Shown here piece by piece: positions 1 through 10,346 of a DNA stretch of 64,000 nt. Both the position numbers and the translations under genes were made by a program. Each line of letters starts with the position of its first letter. Position 1 is the stretch's first letter. The DNA is from Halorutilales archaeon Cl-col2-1 (GTDB taxonomy: Archaea > Halobacteriota > Halobacteria > Halobacteriales > Afararchaeaceae), in assembly GCA_041891055.1 (NCBI GenBank), contig CP169074.1:128001-192000 (forward strand), written 5' to 3'. Under the pieces are notes generated by a model, which was given only the letters and a program-made list of their open reading frames with translations, was not told the origin of the DNA and made no database searches.

Positions 1-1290
1 GACTTTCTGCGTCTCCAGTTTACGGACATCTTAGGAGTAGTAAAGAACGTATCGATACCCGCCGACCAAGCGGAGAAGGCGTTCGAGGAGGGTATCTGGT
101 TCGACGGATCGTCGATAGACGGATTCGTGAGGATACAGGAGTCGGACATGCGTCTCGACCCCGACCCCGAGACATTCGCCATACTCCCCTGGAAGCACAA
201 AGAGAGCGGAGCGAAGACAGCACGTCTCATCTGTGACGTCAAGAACATGGACGGAGAGCCCTTCGAGGGCGATCCGCGTTATGTTCTTAAGAGGGCACTT
301 GACAGGGCAGAGGAGATGGGATTCGACACTGTCAACGTAGGACCCGAGCCCGAGTTCTTCGCCTTCGAGACGGACGAGGACGGCAACGGTACGACAGAGC
401 CCCACGACTCGGGAGGCTACTTCGATCTCGCGCCGAAGGACATGGCGAGCGAGCTCCGACGTGACATGATATTCGCGTTAGAGGAGATGGGATTCGACAT
501 AGAGGCTAGCCACCACGAGGTCGCCGAGGGACAGCACGAGATCGACTTCAAGTACGACGGCGGTCTCACGACTGCCGACAACATAGCCACGTTCCGCTCG
601 GTCGTGAGGGCGGTCGCCGAGCTAAACGACGTACACGCGACCTTCATGCCCAAGCCCATAGCGGGAATCAACGGAAGCGGAATGCACACACATCTCTCGC
701 TCTTCGACGACGACGGAAACGCATTCCACGACCCCGACGACGAGTTCGGTCTCTCCGACACGGCGAAGTCGTTCCTCGCCGGACTTCTCGAACACGCACC
801 CGCCATCACGGCGATCTGTAACCCGACAGTCAACTCGTACAAACGTCTCGTGCCGGGATACGAGGCTCCCGTCTACATAGCGTGGAGCGACGTCAACCGT
901 TCGGCTCTGATACGTAAGCCCGCCGCACGTACGCCCGCGGCGTCACGTATAGAGCTACGTTCACCTGATCCGTCTTCGAATCCGTACCTCGCGCTCGCGG
1001 TCATGCTCCACGCCGGACTCGACGGAATTGAGAAAGGACTCGAAGCTCCCGATCCTGTCAGGGAGAACATCTACGAGTTCGACGAGGAGAAACGCGAGGA
1101 GTACGGCATCGACACTCTTCCCCCTAACCTCAAGGAAGCTGTCGACGCCCTCGAAGAAGACGACGTCATACTCGACGCGCTCGGCGACCACGTCTCCGAG
1201 AAGTTCATACAGGCGAAGAGACACGAGTGGGACGAGTACAAGATGCAGGTCTCCGACTGGGAGACCGACAGGTATCTCGAGACGTTCTGA
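1..1290 (+). CDS. glnA: Glutamine synthetase type I (5' end lies outside the window)
   Basis: Frame open from base 1 ([12 protein letters not shown]...[17 protein letters not shown]); motifs [54 protein letters not shown]. Confidence 0.97.
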   Translation, partial: DFLRLQFTDILGVVKNVSIPADQAEKAFEEGIWFDGSSIDGFVRIQESDMRLDPDPETFAILPWKHKESGAKTARLICDVKNMDGEPFEGDPRYVLKRALDRAEEMGFDTVNVGPEPEFFAFETDEDGNGTTEPHDSGGYFDLAPKDMASELRRDMIFALEEMGFDIEASHHEVAEGQHEIDFKYDGGLTTADNIATFRSVVRAVAELNDVHATFMPKPIAGINGSGMHTHLSLFDDDGNAFHDPDDEFGLSDTAKSFLAGLLEHAPAITAICNPTVNSYKRLVPGYEAPVYIAWSDVNRSALIRKPAARTPAASRIELRSPDPSSNPYLALAVMLHAGLDGIEKGLEAPDPVRENIYEFDEEKREEYGIDTLPPNLKEAVDALEEDDVILDALGDHVSEKFIQAKRHEWDEYKMQVSDWETDRYLETF

Positions 1291-1450
1291 CACTGACCGC
1301 TTGAGCTACCCACCGCTAAAGCGGTGGGATTCAGCGTGGACTCCCGTTCTGGCCGACTCATCGTCGGCAGGAGAATAGCCTCCGTTCACGTTCATCGTCC
1401 CGCTGTTCAAGCGCACGCCCAAGGGTGCGCCTCCGTCGCCCCCAGTTTGG
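1281..1450 (-). ncRNA. Putative omega/reRNA of TnpB overlapping the tnpB 3' end; predicted guide is the ~16-20 nt flanking the right end (within 1281-1300)
   Basis: Established TnpB architecture; right-end hairpin and TCAA boundary visible; the 5' boundary is a guess. Confidence 0.5.
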
Positions 1451-2610
1451 TTGCGACGGAGATACCGTAACCCGATGTTCTTCGCAGCGTTGTAATCCGC
1501 GTGATTTTCATACCCGCACTTCAGACACTCGAAGTCTTCGTCCTCGCGGTTGTCTGGGTGCGTGAACCCACACTCAGAGCAACGTCGTGAGGTATTTTCA
1601 GGGTCAACCTGCTCGACCGTGATGCCGTATTCTTCGGCCTTGTACTCAACGTACTCGTACAGTCGGTCAAACGCCCACTTGTGCCCCCACGACGCGCCAG
1701 TCCGCTCACGAATGTCGGTCAAGTCCTCGAACGCTATCACCGAACACTCGTTCTCACGAGCCTCCGCGACCAATTCGTTGCTGATGCGGTGCAGCATCAG
1801 CTTGAATCGGCCTTCCTCTTTCCGTCCGACTGACTGGATGTTCTGGTGTGCCCAGCGCGTGCCGCACTGTTGGAGCGACCCACGCCGTTTCTCGTATTCT
1901 CTGCGCCAGTGGTCGAATTCGTCGCCAGTCCAGAACGTACCCGTCGAGGCGACAGCGAGGTTGTTCACGCCGAGGTCAACCCCGAGAACCGTTCGCAAAT
2001 CTTCGATTTGCGAGCCATCGAAGCTCCCGCTTCGAGACGTTCCGTTCTCGGTGGTTGCCTGTTCCGACGTGTCGGACTCCACGTCCCGCTTGCAGTGGAC
2101 GTGAAGCACCCAGTCGCCGTCTTGGTAGTGCAGTTCCGCACCCGTCGTTTCGTATTCGTTGGAGAACAGGTATTCCGAGTGCGGCGTGTCGCTATCCTCG
2201 TCGGGCAGAATGTAGTCGGCTTCGATACGACCGTCGGTCGTAGCGAGGCTCACGTAGTCGTCGTGGAACGTCGCGGTGCGGTGGTCGAAGACGACGTGCG
2301 GACTGGTGAACGTCGGCTTAGACGCTTTCTTTCCGGTTTTCCACCGTTCAACCACGCTTTTGCAGGCTTCAGCGGCCTTGTTTCGAGCAGCTTGTACCAG
2401 CCCACCGTTGAAGCCGCCAGTGGCTTCTCGCACATCGTCGTAGGTTTCGTCGTCCAGCGTGGTCTTGCTGGTGGTGACGTACTCGCCTTGGAAAGCGTGG
2501 TCTACGACGTACTGAGCGCACCAAAGAAACGTGTCTACGGTGTCTTCGAGGAGTGCGGCGTCGTCACTGTCTACATCGAGCGCAACGGGGACAGTACGCC
2601 GCACCTCCAT
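1306..2610 (-). CDS. tnpB: RNA-guided endonuclease TnpB
   Basis: RuvC triad GVDLG / IAFEDL / HADYNAA; Zn finger CSECG...CLKCG; 16-aa insertion before RuvC-I. Confidence 0.93.
   Translation of the reverse strand: MEVRRTVPVALDVDSDDAALLEDTVDTFLWCAQYVVDHAFQGEYVTTSKTTLDDETYDDVREATGGFNGGLVQAARNKAAEACKSVVERWKTGKKASKPTFTSPHVVFDHRTATFHDDYVSLATTDGRIEADYILPDEDSDTPHSEYLFSNEYETTGAELHYQDGDWVLHVHCKRDVESDTSEQATTENGTSRSGSFDGSQIEDLRTVLGVDLGVNNLAVASTGTFWTGDEFDHWRREYEKRRGSLQQCGTRWAHQNIQSVGRKEEGRFKLMLHRISNELVAEARENECSVIAFEDLTDIRERTGASWGHKWAFDRLYEYVEYKAEEYGITVEQVDPENTSRRCSECGFTHPDNREDEDFECLKCGYENHADYNAAKNIGLRYLRRNQTGGDGGAPLGVRLNSGTMNVNGGYSPADDESARTGVHAESHRFSGG
1990..2042. repeat. 48-bp double-hairpin micro-insertion, in frame in tnpB
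   Basis: tcgcaaatc-ttc-gatttgcga and tcgaagc-tccc-gcttcga; flanked by cgttc direct repeats (1990-1994, 2038-2042). Confidence 0.75.
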
Positions 2611-2700
2611 ATCTTATATGTAGAACGGGTAGTTCTTAAACATTGGGGAGTCGGCCTGCTACTGGAGCGTGGTTTGATTCCCAGTTGTCGGCTTCATTCC

Positions 2701-2759
2701 ACGTTCACAAGACCGAAGGTCTTGTGCAGCCCACCAGAACGCGAAGCGTTCTGGGGACG
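2701..2759. repeat. 56-bp double-hairpin micro-insertion in the IS left-end hairpin
   Basis: cacaagacc-gaa-ggtcttgtg and ccagaacgc-gaa-gcgttctgg; flanked by acg repeats; removal restores ccacggc-taaa-gccgtgg. Confidence 0.75.
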
Positions 2760-2833
2760 GCTAAAGCCGTGGGTTTTCGCCTCGTGCTTTCTATAACACA
2801 CTTTTTTTCTTCCGCGCCGAGAAACACCGAGTA

Positions 2834-3163
2834 ATGGCGTTAGTCGACAGGGTGTTACAGGTCGTGGGCTTCGTTCTGATGAACTCCGGGTTCCTGTACC
2901 TAGGCGTGCGTTTCTCGATGGGTGACGCGAGCATCAAGAAGAGTCTCGCCATCTCTCTCGCAGTCGCGGTCACCGCGGGAGCCGTCTACCTCGCGTCGCC
3001 TCCGGGTGTATTAGGAGTCCTCGGAGTCTTAGTCGTGACCTACATAGCCGTACAGACAGCATACGACCTGAGTAACGCGAGAACAGCCCTAGCTCTGATA
3101 GCTTACTTCGTCCTGACCCTCGCGGGCGGAATTATAGGAAGGAATCTACTGTCTCTGGTCTGA
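2834..3163 (+). CDS. Small multi-pass membrane protein, unknown function
   Basis: 109 aa, about four hydrophobic segments. Confidence 0.7.
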   Translation: MALVDRVLQVVGFVLMNSGFLYLGVRFSMGDASIKKSLAISLAVAVTAGAVYLASPPGVLGVLGVLVVTYIAVQTAYDLSNARTALALIAYFVLTLAGGIIGRNLLSLV

Positions 3164-3167
3164 CTGA

Positions 3168-4016
3168 CTACCGCACCATTCTCTCTATCGGCACGACGAG
3201 TACGTCCTGTGCGCCCTCCTGTTTGACGAGGTTGATCGTCTCGTAGATCTCCGACTCGTCGACGACTGCGTGGACAGCCACCATCCCTTCCTCACCCTCG
3301 ACCTCCATGACAGTGGGTCCTCCGAGACCGGGTATGACCTCCTCGACGTCTTCGAGTGAGTCGTCGGGGACGTTCATCATTATGTACCTCTTGCCCTCAG
3401 CCTGAATTACGCTCCGTATCGCGTTCTCGACCTCCTGAACCTTGGAGTCGTCGGCGGAGTCGGGACGCGCGAAGAGCTTGACGCTTGACTTGAGAACCTC
3501 GTCTATTATCCCGAGACGGTTGACCTCTAAGGTCGTTCCGGTGCTCGTGATGTCGACTATAGCGTCCGCCATGCCGACGTGTGGTGTGAGCTCTGTCGCA
3601 CCGCTGACCTCTACGAGTTCGACGTCGACACCCTTGTCGTCGAAGTAGTCCTCGGTGACGTTCGGGAACTCGGTCGCGACCTTCCTGCCTTCGAGATCCT
3701 CGACGGAGTCTATGTCGCCTTCCTCGGGCGAGGCGAGTACGAGACGGCAGTCTCCGTATCCGAGATCGAGAAGAGATTCGAGGTTAGTGCGTGACTCACG
3801 TTCCTGGTCGAGTCCCGTAATTCCTATGTCGGCGGCACCGTCTCTGACGTACTCGGGTATGTCGCTCGCCCTCGCGTATATAACCGTAATATCGGGATCG
3901 ACCGTCTTCGCATAGAGCTTCCTGTCGGCTCCGTTCTGTATCTGGAGACCCGCCTTCTCCAGAAGCTCGACGGTCGGCTCGTGGAGGCGTCCCTTGTTGG
4001 GAATCGCAATTCTCAT
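3168..4016 (-). CDS. hisG: ATP phosphoribosyltransferase (long form)
   Basis: [38 protein letters not shown]; C-terminal regulatory domain PGLGGPTV. Confidence 0.96.
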   Translation of the reverse strand: MRIAIPNKGRLHEPTVELLEKAGLQIQNGADRKLYAKTVDPDITVIYARASDIPEYVRDGAADIGITGLDQERESRTNLESLLDLGYGDCRLVLASPEEGDIDSVEDLEGRKVATEFPNVTEDYFDDKGVDVELVEVSGATELTPHVGMADAIVDITSTGTTLEVNRLGIIDEVLKSSVKLFARPDSADDSKVQEVENAIRSVIQAEGKRYIMMNVPDDSLEDVEEVIPGLGGPTVMEVEGEEGMVAVHAVVDESEIYETINLVKQEGAQDVLVVPIERMVR

Positions 4017-4083
4017 TGTGTTACAAGAGAGGATTCTTCGGACTTAAGGGTACTCTATTAGGTCTATGTCCGTCTATGTACGA

Positions 4084-4737
4084 CTAAGCACCCGTCACGA
4101 GGTCTAACATAGCTTCCTTCGGGTCGTCCGCCTTCACGACTCCGCTCGCGACTAAGACGCCCTCAGCACCGAGTTCGAGAGCCGCCTCTACGTCTTCCCC
4201 CGATGATATACCCGCGCCACACAGGAGATCGGCATCGGAGTGTTCCTCGACCGCCTCGGCGGCGTCCCTCACAACGCCGGGATCAGCCTGACTAACCGGC
4301 GTACCCGTTCCTATGAGTTCGGGCGGTTCGACTGCGACGTAGTCGGGTTCGAGAACCGAAGCCGCGCCAGACTGTCTCGGGTTGTTCGCACAGACGACTG
4401 TTTCTAAGTCCTCTCTTTCGGCGGCTCTCAACGATCCGTCTATGTCGGCGAGCTTGAGACGGTTTTCCGAGTGGTTGATAAGGGTTCCGCTCGCTCCCGC
4501 CTCGGCGACGCCTTCGGCTAGGATGCTTCCCGTGTTACTCCCGGGCTCTACGGGGTCGACGTGTTCGGCGAATGTCTCACATCCCGTCTCGGCGACCCTG
4601 TGTATGTCGGAGGGCTGTGGCGAGACGACGACACGTGCTCCGTTCTCGTCGGAGACTTCGACGGCTGCCTCTCCTATCTCACGCGCCTTCTCGCCTGTGC
4701 CCGCTGCGTAGGTCTTGAGGTTGACTATCAGAAACAT
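4084..4737 (-). CDS. tpiA: Triosephosphate isomerase, archaeal type
   Basis: [39 protein letters not shown]. Confidence 0.95.
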   Translation of the reverse strand: MFLIVNLKTYAAGTGEKAREIGEAAVEVSDENGARVVVSPQPSDIHRVAETGCETFAEHVDPVEPGSNTGSILAEGVAEAGASGTLINHSENRLKLADIDGSLRAAEREDLETVVCANNPRQSGAASVLEPDYVAVEPPELIGTGTPVSQADPGVVRDAAEAVEEHSDADLLCGAGISSGEDVEAALELGAEGVLVASGVVKADDPKEAMLDLVTGA

Positions 4738-4767
4738 ATACTATACTACCGAAAATATACCGAGTGA

Positions 4768-5283
4768 CTAACTGTCTTTCCTTTCGACGATATCGCCGAG
4801 CGTGTATCCGTCGGAGCTACCCTCCGAAGACCAGTCTCCCTCGCTGACTCCTTCCTCCGTGAGCTCGATTTCGAGGCTCGACTCTAGCTTCTGTCTCACC
4901 TTCTCGTCGGGTCTCATGTCGCCCTTCTCTATCTTTCTCACGAGGCTGACCTTCTCGTTGATCTCGTCTGCGAAGTCCTCCTGACTAAGACCCTTTGACT
5001 CGCGTGCGTTTCTTACCTTATCGTCGTAGTCGGCGGCTAGTGTGCCTATCTCGTCGAAGAGATCGCGGTTACGTCCCCCACTACTTGACTTGCTCCTTGT
5101 GGAGGTTGTACTCTTATTCTGGCTCTGACTCTCTGCCTGACTTGAACTCTGGCTCTCTGTCTCCGTCTCGTCGTGAAGGACGGTGCCGAACTCCTCACAG
5201 TTAGAACAGACACGTAGCTTGCTGCCCTCTATACGTATGACGCTCGGATCCTGTGTCTCGGCACCACACATCTCACACTGCAA
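4768..5283 (-). CDS. Archaeal multiprotein bridging factor aMBF1 (Zn ribbon + HTH)
   Basis: CEMCG...VCSNC ribbon; HTH ARESKGLSQEDFA...KIEKG; C-terminal TLGDIV; TTG start. Confidence 0.9.
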   Translation of the reverse strand: MQCEMCGAETQDPSVIRIEGSKLRVCSNCEEFGTVLHDETETESQSSSQAESQSQNKSTTSTRSKSSSGGRNRDLFDEIGTLAADYDDKVRNARESKGLSQEDFADEINEKVSLVRKIEKGDMRPDEKVRQKLESSLEIELTEEGVSEGDWSSEGSSDGYTLGDIVERKDS

Positions 5284-5326
5284 TTAGGTTCACCGACTCA
5301 GCCTACGTCTTCGAGACGTATAAATA

Positions 5327-5701
5327 TTATCGGGCGATCTTGTCGCGGCTAATCGAGACACCGCGCGGGGCTATGATGATCTGATCCTCGCCCTTCTGGA
5401 CTATGTCGCCGCCGACCTCGTCGGTGACATCCCTGAACTCCTCCATTATACGTTCTGTCTTCGACTCGTTTGACCTGAAGTAGGATATGTCGGCGACTAC
5501 GAGGTCTCCGTCGTATATCAGGTCCTTGACGTCCATTATCCCCTCACGTCCCGTGAGCTCTGCTATATGTACGGTCATGTCTGCGTCACCCGTCTCGCCC
5601 ATCTCGTACTTTTCGAGGTCGAGCTCCACGTACTCGTTGTGAGACCCGCGACCCCCGTTCCTCGTGGAACCTTCTCCGAGAAGCTTGTCTACTATACCCA
5701 T
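5327..5701 (-). CDS. sepF: Cell division protein SepF (archaeal)
   Basis: Amphipathic N-terminus MGIVDKLLG; GDLVVADI; GGDIVQKGEDQIIIAP. Confidence 0.85.
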   Translation of the reverse strand: MGIVDKLLGEGSTRNGGRGSHNEYVELDLEKYEMGETGDADMTVHIAELTGREGIMDVKDLIYDGDLVVADISYFRSNESKTERIMEEFRDVTDEVGGDIVQKGEDQIIIAPRGVSISRDKIAR

Positions 5702-5764
5702 ACTACGGATTTTGTACTTACTAACATTAATCCTTCGTCAGACGCCTGACAGACCCCTGACAGT

Positions 5765-6241
5765 TCATGGTTCGAACTCCCAGATCTCGTCGCCTACGTG
5801 GTGGAGGCTCTCGACGACCTTACCCTCGTCTCCCACCATGTCGTCGCCCGGTGTCAGACCGCGTCCTACCGCGAGAGGCTTGTCGTGGTTCTCCTCCTTC
5901 ACGACTACGAGGTCTCCCTCATCGATGCCGCCGTCGGCTTCGACGACTCCCGGACGCATCACGTCTGCGCCGTTCGTCACGAACTCGACCGCACCCGCGT
6001 CGACTGTGACTGTCGCCTTCTCGGGACGGAGTTCGAGTGCCCCCTTGACAGTCACGAAGTACTCGCCGTCGAACCTCATTATAAGTGGCTCTCCGTCGGC
6101 GAGAAGCAGGTCGTAGTCCTCCTCAAGCTCTATCTGTTCGAGACGGTAGTCACCGAGGTCGACGTCGAGCTTCTCTTCAATGCTCGACTTGATCTCGTCC
6201 GCCTCGTCCTCACGCAGATAATGCCTCGATCTTACCTCCAT
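5765..6241 (-). CDS. PUA-domain RNA-binding protein
   Basis: VTVDAGAVEFVTNGADVMRPGV, GKVVESLHHVGD; start placed at MEVRSRHYL. Confidence 0.88.
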   Translation of the reverse strand: MEVRSRHYLREDEADEIKSSIEEKLDVDLGDYRLEQIELEEDYDLLLADGEPLIMRFDGEYFVTVKGALELRPEKATVTVDAGAVEFVTNGADVMRPGVVEADGGIDEGDLVVVKEENHDKPLAVGRGLTPGDDMVGDEGKVVESLHHVGDEIWEFEP

Positions 6242-6313
6242 ATCCGATAGACATCTCACGAATTCATAAAACGTTCGACAGTATTAAGTCGCAACAAGGT
6301 TTAGTAGGGTGCA

Positions 6314-6532
6314 ATGCAAGAGATGCCACTCGACGTCCTGGAGGATCACGTCGACTCTCAGGTAGTAGTACGTCTCAAGGACGGCGAACGTTTCGTGGGG
6401 ACGCTTACGAGCTTCGATCAGCACATGAACGTAGTCCTCGATCCTCTTGAGTCCGAAGGAGTCGAGGAGTACACTCACGTCGAAGACACAACCGTTATAC
6501 GAGGAGACAACGTTGTCTCCATTAGACTCTAA
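6314..6532 (+). CDS. Sm-like archaeal protein (Lsm/SmAP)
   Basis: Sm1 motif [14 protein letters not shown]; Sm2 motif IRGDNVV. Confidence 0.93.
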   Translation: MQEMPLDVLEDHVDSQVVVRLKDGERFVGTLTSFDQHMNVVLDPLESEGVEEYTHVEDTTVIRGDNVVSIRL

Positions 6533-6546
6533 ACAGGTGTCACACA

Positions 6547-6720
6547 ATGGGAAAAGGAACACCAACACAGGGCAAACGTAACAAGAAGACTCACGTGAAG
6601 TGCAGGAGATGCGGAGAGAAGAGCTACCATCTCAAGAAGGAGAGATGCTCAAGCTGTGGCTTCGGAAAGTCATCGAAACAGAGATCGTATAACTGGCAGG
6701 ACAAGACGGGAGACAACTGA
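6547..6720 (+). CDS. rpl37e: 50S ribosomal protein L37e (57 aa; not in the ORF track)
   Basis: Hand translation [42 protein letters not shown]...; conserved lsm-rpl37e synteny. Confidence 0.95.
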   Translation: MGKGTPTQGKRNKKTHVKCRRCGEKSYHLKKERCSSCGFGKSSKQRSYNWQDKTGDN

Positions 6721-6733
6721 CTCCTTTTATTTT

Positions 6734-8158
6734 ATGCAAGACAAGTGCGGCGTAGTCGGGGTACAGCTCTCGGATACGGCTTCCGAGAAGTCCGCGGCGT
6801 TACCCGTCTACTACGCGCTCTATGCCTTACAGCACAGGGGACAGGAGGGCGCGGGTATAGTCACGTGTGATGGCTTCCAGCAACACTCGAAGAAGGGTCT
6901 GGGACTCGTCGCCGATGTCTTCGACGAGGATGACATGGGTGACCTCCCCGGAGACTCGGGAATAGGACATATACGTTACCCCACGTCGGGCAAGATCGAC
7001 GAGAAGTCGTGCCATCCCTTTACTGTGACTTCTAAGCAGGGCTCGATAGCCCTCGGACACAACGGTAACCTCGTAAACACCGACTCTATAAGGGACGACC
7101 TTGAGTCACTCGGGCACGCCTTCACGACCGAGTCGGACACTGAGGTCATGGTTCACGACCTCTCACGTAACCTCCTCGACAACGACCTACTCGAAGCCAT
7201 AGAGAGGTCGATGAGGAAGATAGACGGCGCGTACTCGATCACTATGATGCACAACGACACTGTGATCGGGATACGTGACCCTCTCGGGATACGACCTCTC
7301 TGCATAGGGAAGCTCGACGACGGCTACATAATAGCCAGCGAGTCGGTTGCAATAGACGTCTTAGACGGCGAGTTCGTGAGAGACGTACGTCCCGGCGAGG
7401 TAGTCGTCTTGGACGACGACGGCAAGGGATTCGAGTCGTACCAGCTCTTCGAGAAACAGCCCGCACACTGCTTCTTCGAGTACGTCTACTTCGCGCGCCC
7501 CGACTCGGAGATAGACGGCAGGCTCGTCTATGACATGAGACGTAAGCTCGGAAGGCTCCTCTACGAGAGACACGGTGTCGACACCGATATAGTCTCACCC
7601 GTGCCTGACTCGGGACGCGCCTTCGCGACGGGTTACGCCGAGGCGGGTGACATCGAGTACGCCGAGAGCCTGATGAAAAACAGGTACGTCGGACGTACCT
7701 TCATAATGCCGACACAGGACGCACGTGAGACTGCGGTAAGACTCAAGCTCAACACCATAGCCTCGAACATAGAGGGCAAGACGGTCACTCTCATAGACGA
7801 TTCGGTCGTGAGAGGCACGACTTCGAACCAGCTCGTCAAGCTCCTCAAGGACAACGGCGCAGAGGAGGTACATATGCGCATAGGCTCGCCTCCGATCATA
7901 TCGCCGTGTTACCTCGGAATAAACATGGCAAGCCGCGACGAACTAATGGCGAGCGACAAGTCGGTCGCCGAGATACGTGACGAGATAGGAGCCGACAGCC
8001 TCGAATACCTCGACGTCGCCGACATCTCCGAGGCTCTCGACATGCCGAGATCAGAGATGTGTACGGGATGTGTCACCGAGGAGTATCCCATGAACATCGA
8101 GGGCGAGATATGTGGAAGATGTGCGTCGACATCAGACGTCGAGGTCGCCGACGACTGA
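6734..8158 (+). CDS. purF: Amidophosphoribosyltransferase
   Basis: MQDKCGVVG, LQHRGQEGAG, HNGNLVN, CFFEYVYFARPDS, IDDSVVRGTT. Confidence 0.96.
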   Translation: MQDKCGVVGVQLSDTASEKSAALPVYYALYALQHRGQEGAGIVTCDGFQQHSKKGLGLVADVFDEDDMGDLPGDSGIGHIRYPTSGKIDEKSCHPFTVTSKQGSIALGHNGNLVNTDSIRDDLESLGHAFTTESDTEVMVHDLSRNLLDNDLLEAIERSMRKIDGAYSITMMHNDTVIGIRDPLGIRPLCIGKLDDGYIIASESVAIDVLDGEFVRDVRPGEVVVLDDDGKGFESYQLFEKQPAHCFFEYVYFARPDSEIDGRLVYDMRRKLGRLLYERHGVDTDIVSPVPDSGRAFATGYAEAGDIEYAESLMKNRYVGRTFIMPTQDARETAVRLKLNTIASNIEGKTVTLIDDSVVRGTTSNQLVKLLKDNGAEEVHMRIGSPPIISPCYLGINMASRDELMASDKSVAEIRDEIGADSLEYLDVADISEALDMPRSEMCTGCVTEEYPMNIEGEICGRCASTSDVEVADD

Positions 8159-8222
8159 GATTAGAAAACCCGGACAGAATGGAAATTATAAAGTTAGTCC
8201 CCTCTCTACGAAGTAATGTAGA

Positions 8223-8307
<85 letters not shown>

Positions 8308-8423
8308 GTTTTTCTGAGTGAAACGAAGAAAAACGAGTAGGAGCGGTATTCGAACCAAAGAACAAGCGACAGCGAAGTGACTGAGGTTCGAATCCGGTCT
8401 ATTATTTCCGAACTAGTCGAGAA

Positions 8424-8735
8424 TCAGACGTGCCGCACGAGTATATCCAGCACCGACTCCCTGTTGGCGTCGACTGCGACCGTCTTCTTGCTACCAGTCT
8501 TACCCCTCGTAACAGTTCCTCTCACGCCTAAGAGAAGCTCCAACTCGTCGAGTAGCTCCTCGTTCGCTCTTCCGTCCTTTGCGGGCTCCGAGAGACGCGC
8601 CTCGAACCTGCCGCGCCACTCGTTGAATTCGTCGGGGACTCTCGTCTCGGAGGCGTTCGGGGTGACGTCGAACTCGATCAGTGTCATCCCCTCGCTGGAG
8701 ACCTCAACGGCGTCCTCGGGTGAGTGCGTAGCCAT
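8424..8735 (-). CDS. DUF167/YggU-family protein
   Basis: VTPNA, PAKDGRANEEL, RGKTGSKKTV. Confidence 0.8.
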   Translation of the reverse strand: MATHSPEDAVEVSSEGMTLIEFDVTPNASETRVPDEFNEWRGRFEARLSEPAKDGRANEELLDELELLLGVRGTVTRGKTGSKKTVAVDANRESVLDILVRHV

Positions 8736-8835
8736 AGGGTGACTTGATCCGGCTTCTACTTGTACCTGTTTCCTGACTCGTCGTGCGACGCCAGAACGAA
8801 AGGATTTTTGCCCGAACGAGGACAAGACTCCCTCG

Positions 8836-10302
8836 ATGGTTGAGTTAGATCCGTGGGGCTCCGCTACGGTCGAAAGCTACTCGAAACTCTTCGAGGAGTT
8901 CGGTATAGACGAGTTCGATTCCTCGGAGGTTCCCGAGCCGATGGACCTCATGAGGCGCGGCATAATATTCGGACAGCGTGACTACGACTTCATAACCGAC
9001 GCCATGAAGTCGGAGTCGGACGGCGACTACGCCGCGCTCTCGGGCTTCATGCCCTCGGGGAACGTCCATATAGGCAACATGATGGTGATGCGCGAGCTCA
9101 TCTGGCACCAGAGACAGGGTGCCGATACCTACTTCCTGATCGCCGACCTCGAAGCCCACTCGGCGCGCGGAAAGTCATGGGAGGAGTGCCGCGAGATATC
9201 GCGCGACTACATACTCTCGATGATAGCCCTCGGATTCGAGCCCGACAACGGGACTATCTACCGACAGAGTGAGAACAGGGAGCTACAGGATCTCGCCTTC
9301 GAACTCGGCGAACAGACCAACTTCAACGAGCTCCGTGGAATCTACGGGTTCGACGGCGACACCAACATAGCACACATGGAGAGTGTCCTGACACAGGCGG
9401 CTGACATACTCTATCCTCAGATCGACGAGCCTAAGCCGACTGTCATACCCGTCGGCGCGGATCAGGACCCACATCTGCGTCTCACACGGAGCCTCGCAAA
9501 ACGCATGCGTATGTTCGGCGTCACTGAGGCTTATGCGAGCTTCGAGATCGACGAAGACGCGAAAGCCGTAGTCTCGGAAGCACTCGAAGAACTCGGAGGT
9601 GAGGCAACTGCGGAGGAACTTGCCGAAGATCTCCGCGGAGAAGGCGAAGGCGACCTCGATGACGACCTTCTCAAGACTCTCGACTCGGGAGGCGACGAGA
9701 AACTCCGTCCACGTACACGTATACTCTCGCGCGACGCTCCTGACGACGCCTTCGACGACCTCGTCGAAGCTATCAGGTCGGAGTACGAAGACGTCGAGGT
9801 GTACGACGAACACATAGATGTCTTCGGACTCGACGACGCCGCCGAGGACGGTATCAGAGAGACAGTACGTCAGACCGAGGTCGACCACGGAGGCTACGGA
9901 TTCTACGCGCCGTCGTCGATCTACCACAGGTTCATGACAGGTCTCACGGGAGGAAAGATGTCGTCGAGCATACCTGAGAGCCATATCGCACTCACCGACG
10001 ACCCCGAGGAGGGTGCCGACAAGGTCATGAGTTCGAAGACGGGAGGTAGGGAGACCGCCGAAGAACAGAGGGAGAAAGGCGGAGAGGCAGACGACTGCCC
10101 CGTCTACGAACTCTACGCCTACATGCTCGCCGAGGACGACGAACACGCCAAGACAGTCTACGATGAGTGTGTCAACGGCGAACGTCTGTGTGGTGGATGT
10201 AAGTCGGAAGCCGCCGATCTAATGGAGGAGTTCTTGGAGGAACACCACGAGAAACGCGAGGAGGCGAAGGAGAAGGTCGACGAGTTCGGAGTCGAGCTTT
10301 AG
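8836..10302 (+). CDS. trpS: Tryptophan--tRNA ligase with an acidic internal insertion
   Basis: GFMPSGNVHIGN (HIGH), QAADIL, PVGADQDPH, KMSSS; CGGCK. Confidence 0.94.
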   Translation: MVELDPWGSATVESYSKLFEEFGIDEFDSSEVPEPMDLMRRGIIFGQRDYDFITDAMKSESDGDYAALSGFMPSGNVHIGNMMVMRELIWHQRQGADTYFLIADLEAHSARGKSWEECREISRDYILSMIALGFEPDNGTIYRQSENRELQDLAFELGEQTNFNELRGIYGFDGDTNIAHMESVLTQAADILYPQIDEPKPTVIPVGADQDPHLRLTRSLAKRMRMFGVTEAYASFEIDEDAKAVVSEALEELGGEATAEELAEDLRGEGEGDLDDDLLKTLDSGGDEKLRPRTRILSRDAPDDAFDDLVEAIRSEYEDVEVYDEHIDVFGLDDAAEDGIRETVRQTEVDHGGYGFYAPSSIYHRFMTGLTGGKMSSSIPESHIALTDDPEEGADKVMSSKTGGRETAEEQREKGGEADDCPVYELYAYMLAEDDEHAKTVYDECVNGERLCGGCKSEAADLMEEFLEEHHEKREEAKEKVDEFGVEL

Positions 10303-10346
10303 GGAGTTGCGTTATACTTATAATATAGTAAGTGGGTTTTTTGGAC

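Larger units (their letters stand above)
1301..2792 (-). mobile_element. Non-autonomous IS200/IS605-family (IS1341-like) element, tnpB only
   Basis: tnpB ORF; right-end hairpin cccaccgc-taaa-gcggtggg (1309-1328) followed on the minus strand by TCAA (1304-1301); left-end hairpin remnant ...ggctaaagccgtggg; TTAT at 2796-2793 just outside the inferred left end; no tnpA. Confidence 0.85.

Noticed and set aside
6656-6733. N-terminal extension of purF in the ORF track
   Set aside because: Overlaps rpl37e; the likely start is ATG 6734, just before the catalytic Cys.
9510-9900. About 120-aa acidic insertion in TrpRS as a possible intein
   Set aside because: No C/S...HN splice motifs; similar insertions are, to my knowledge, usual in haloarchaeal TrpRS.
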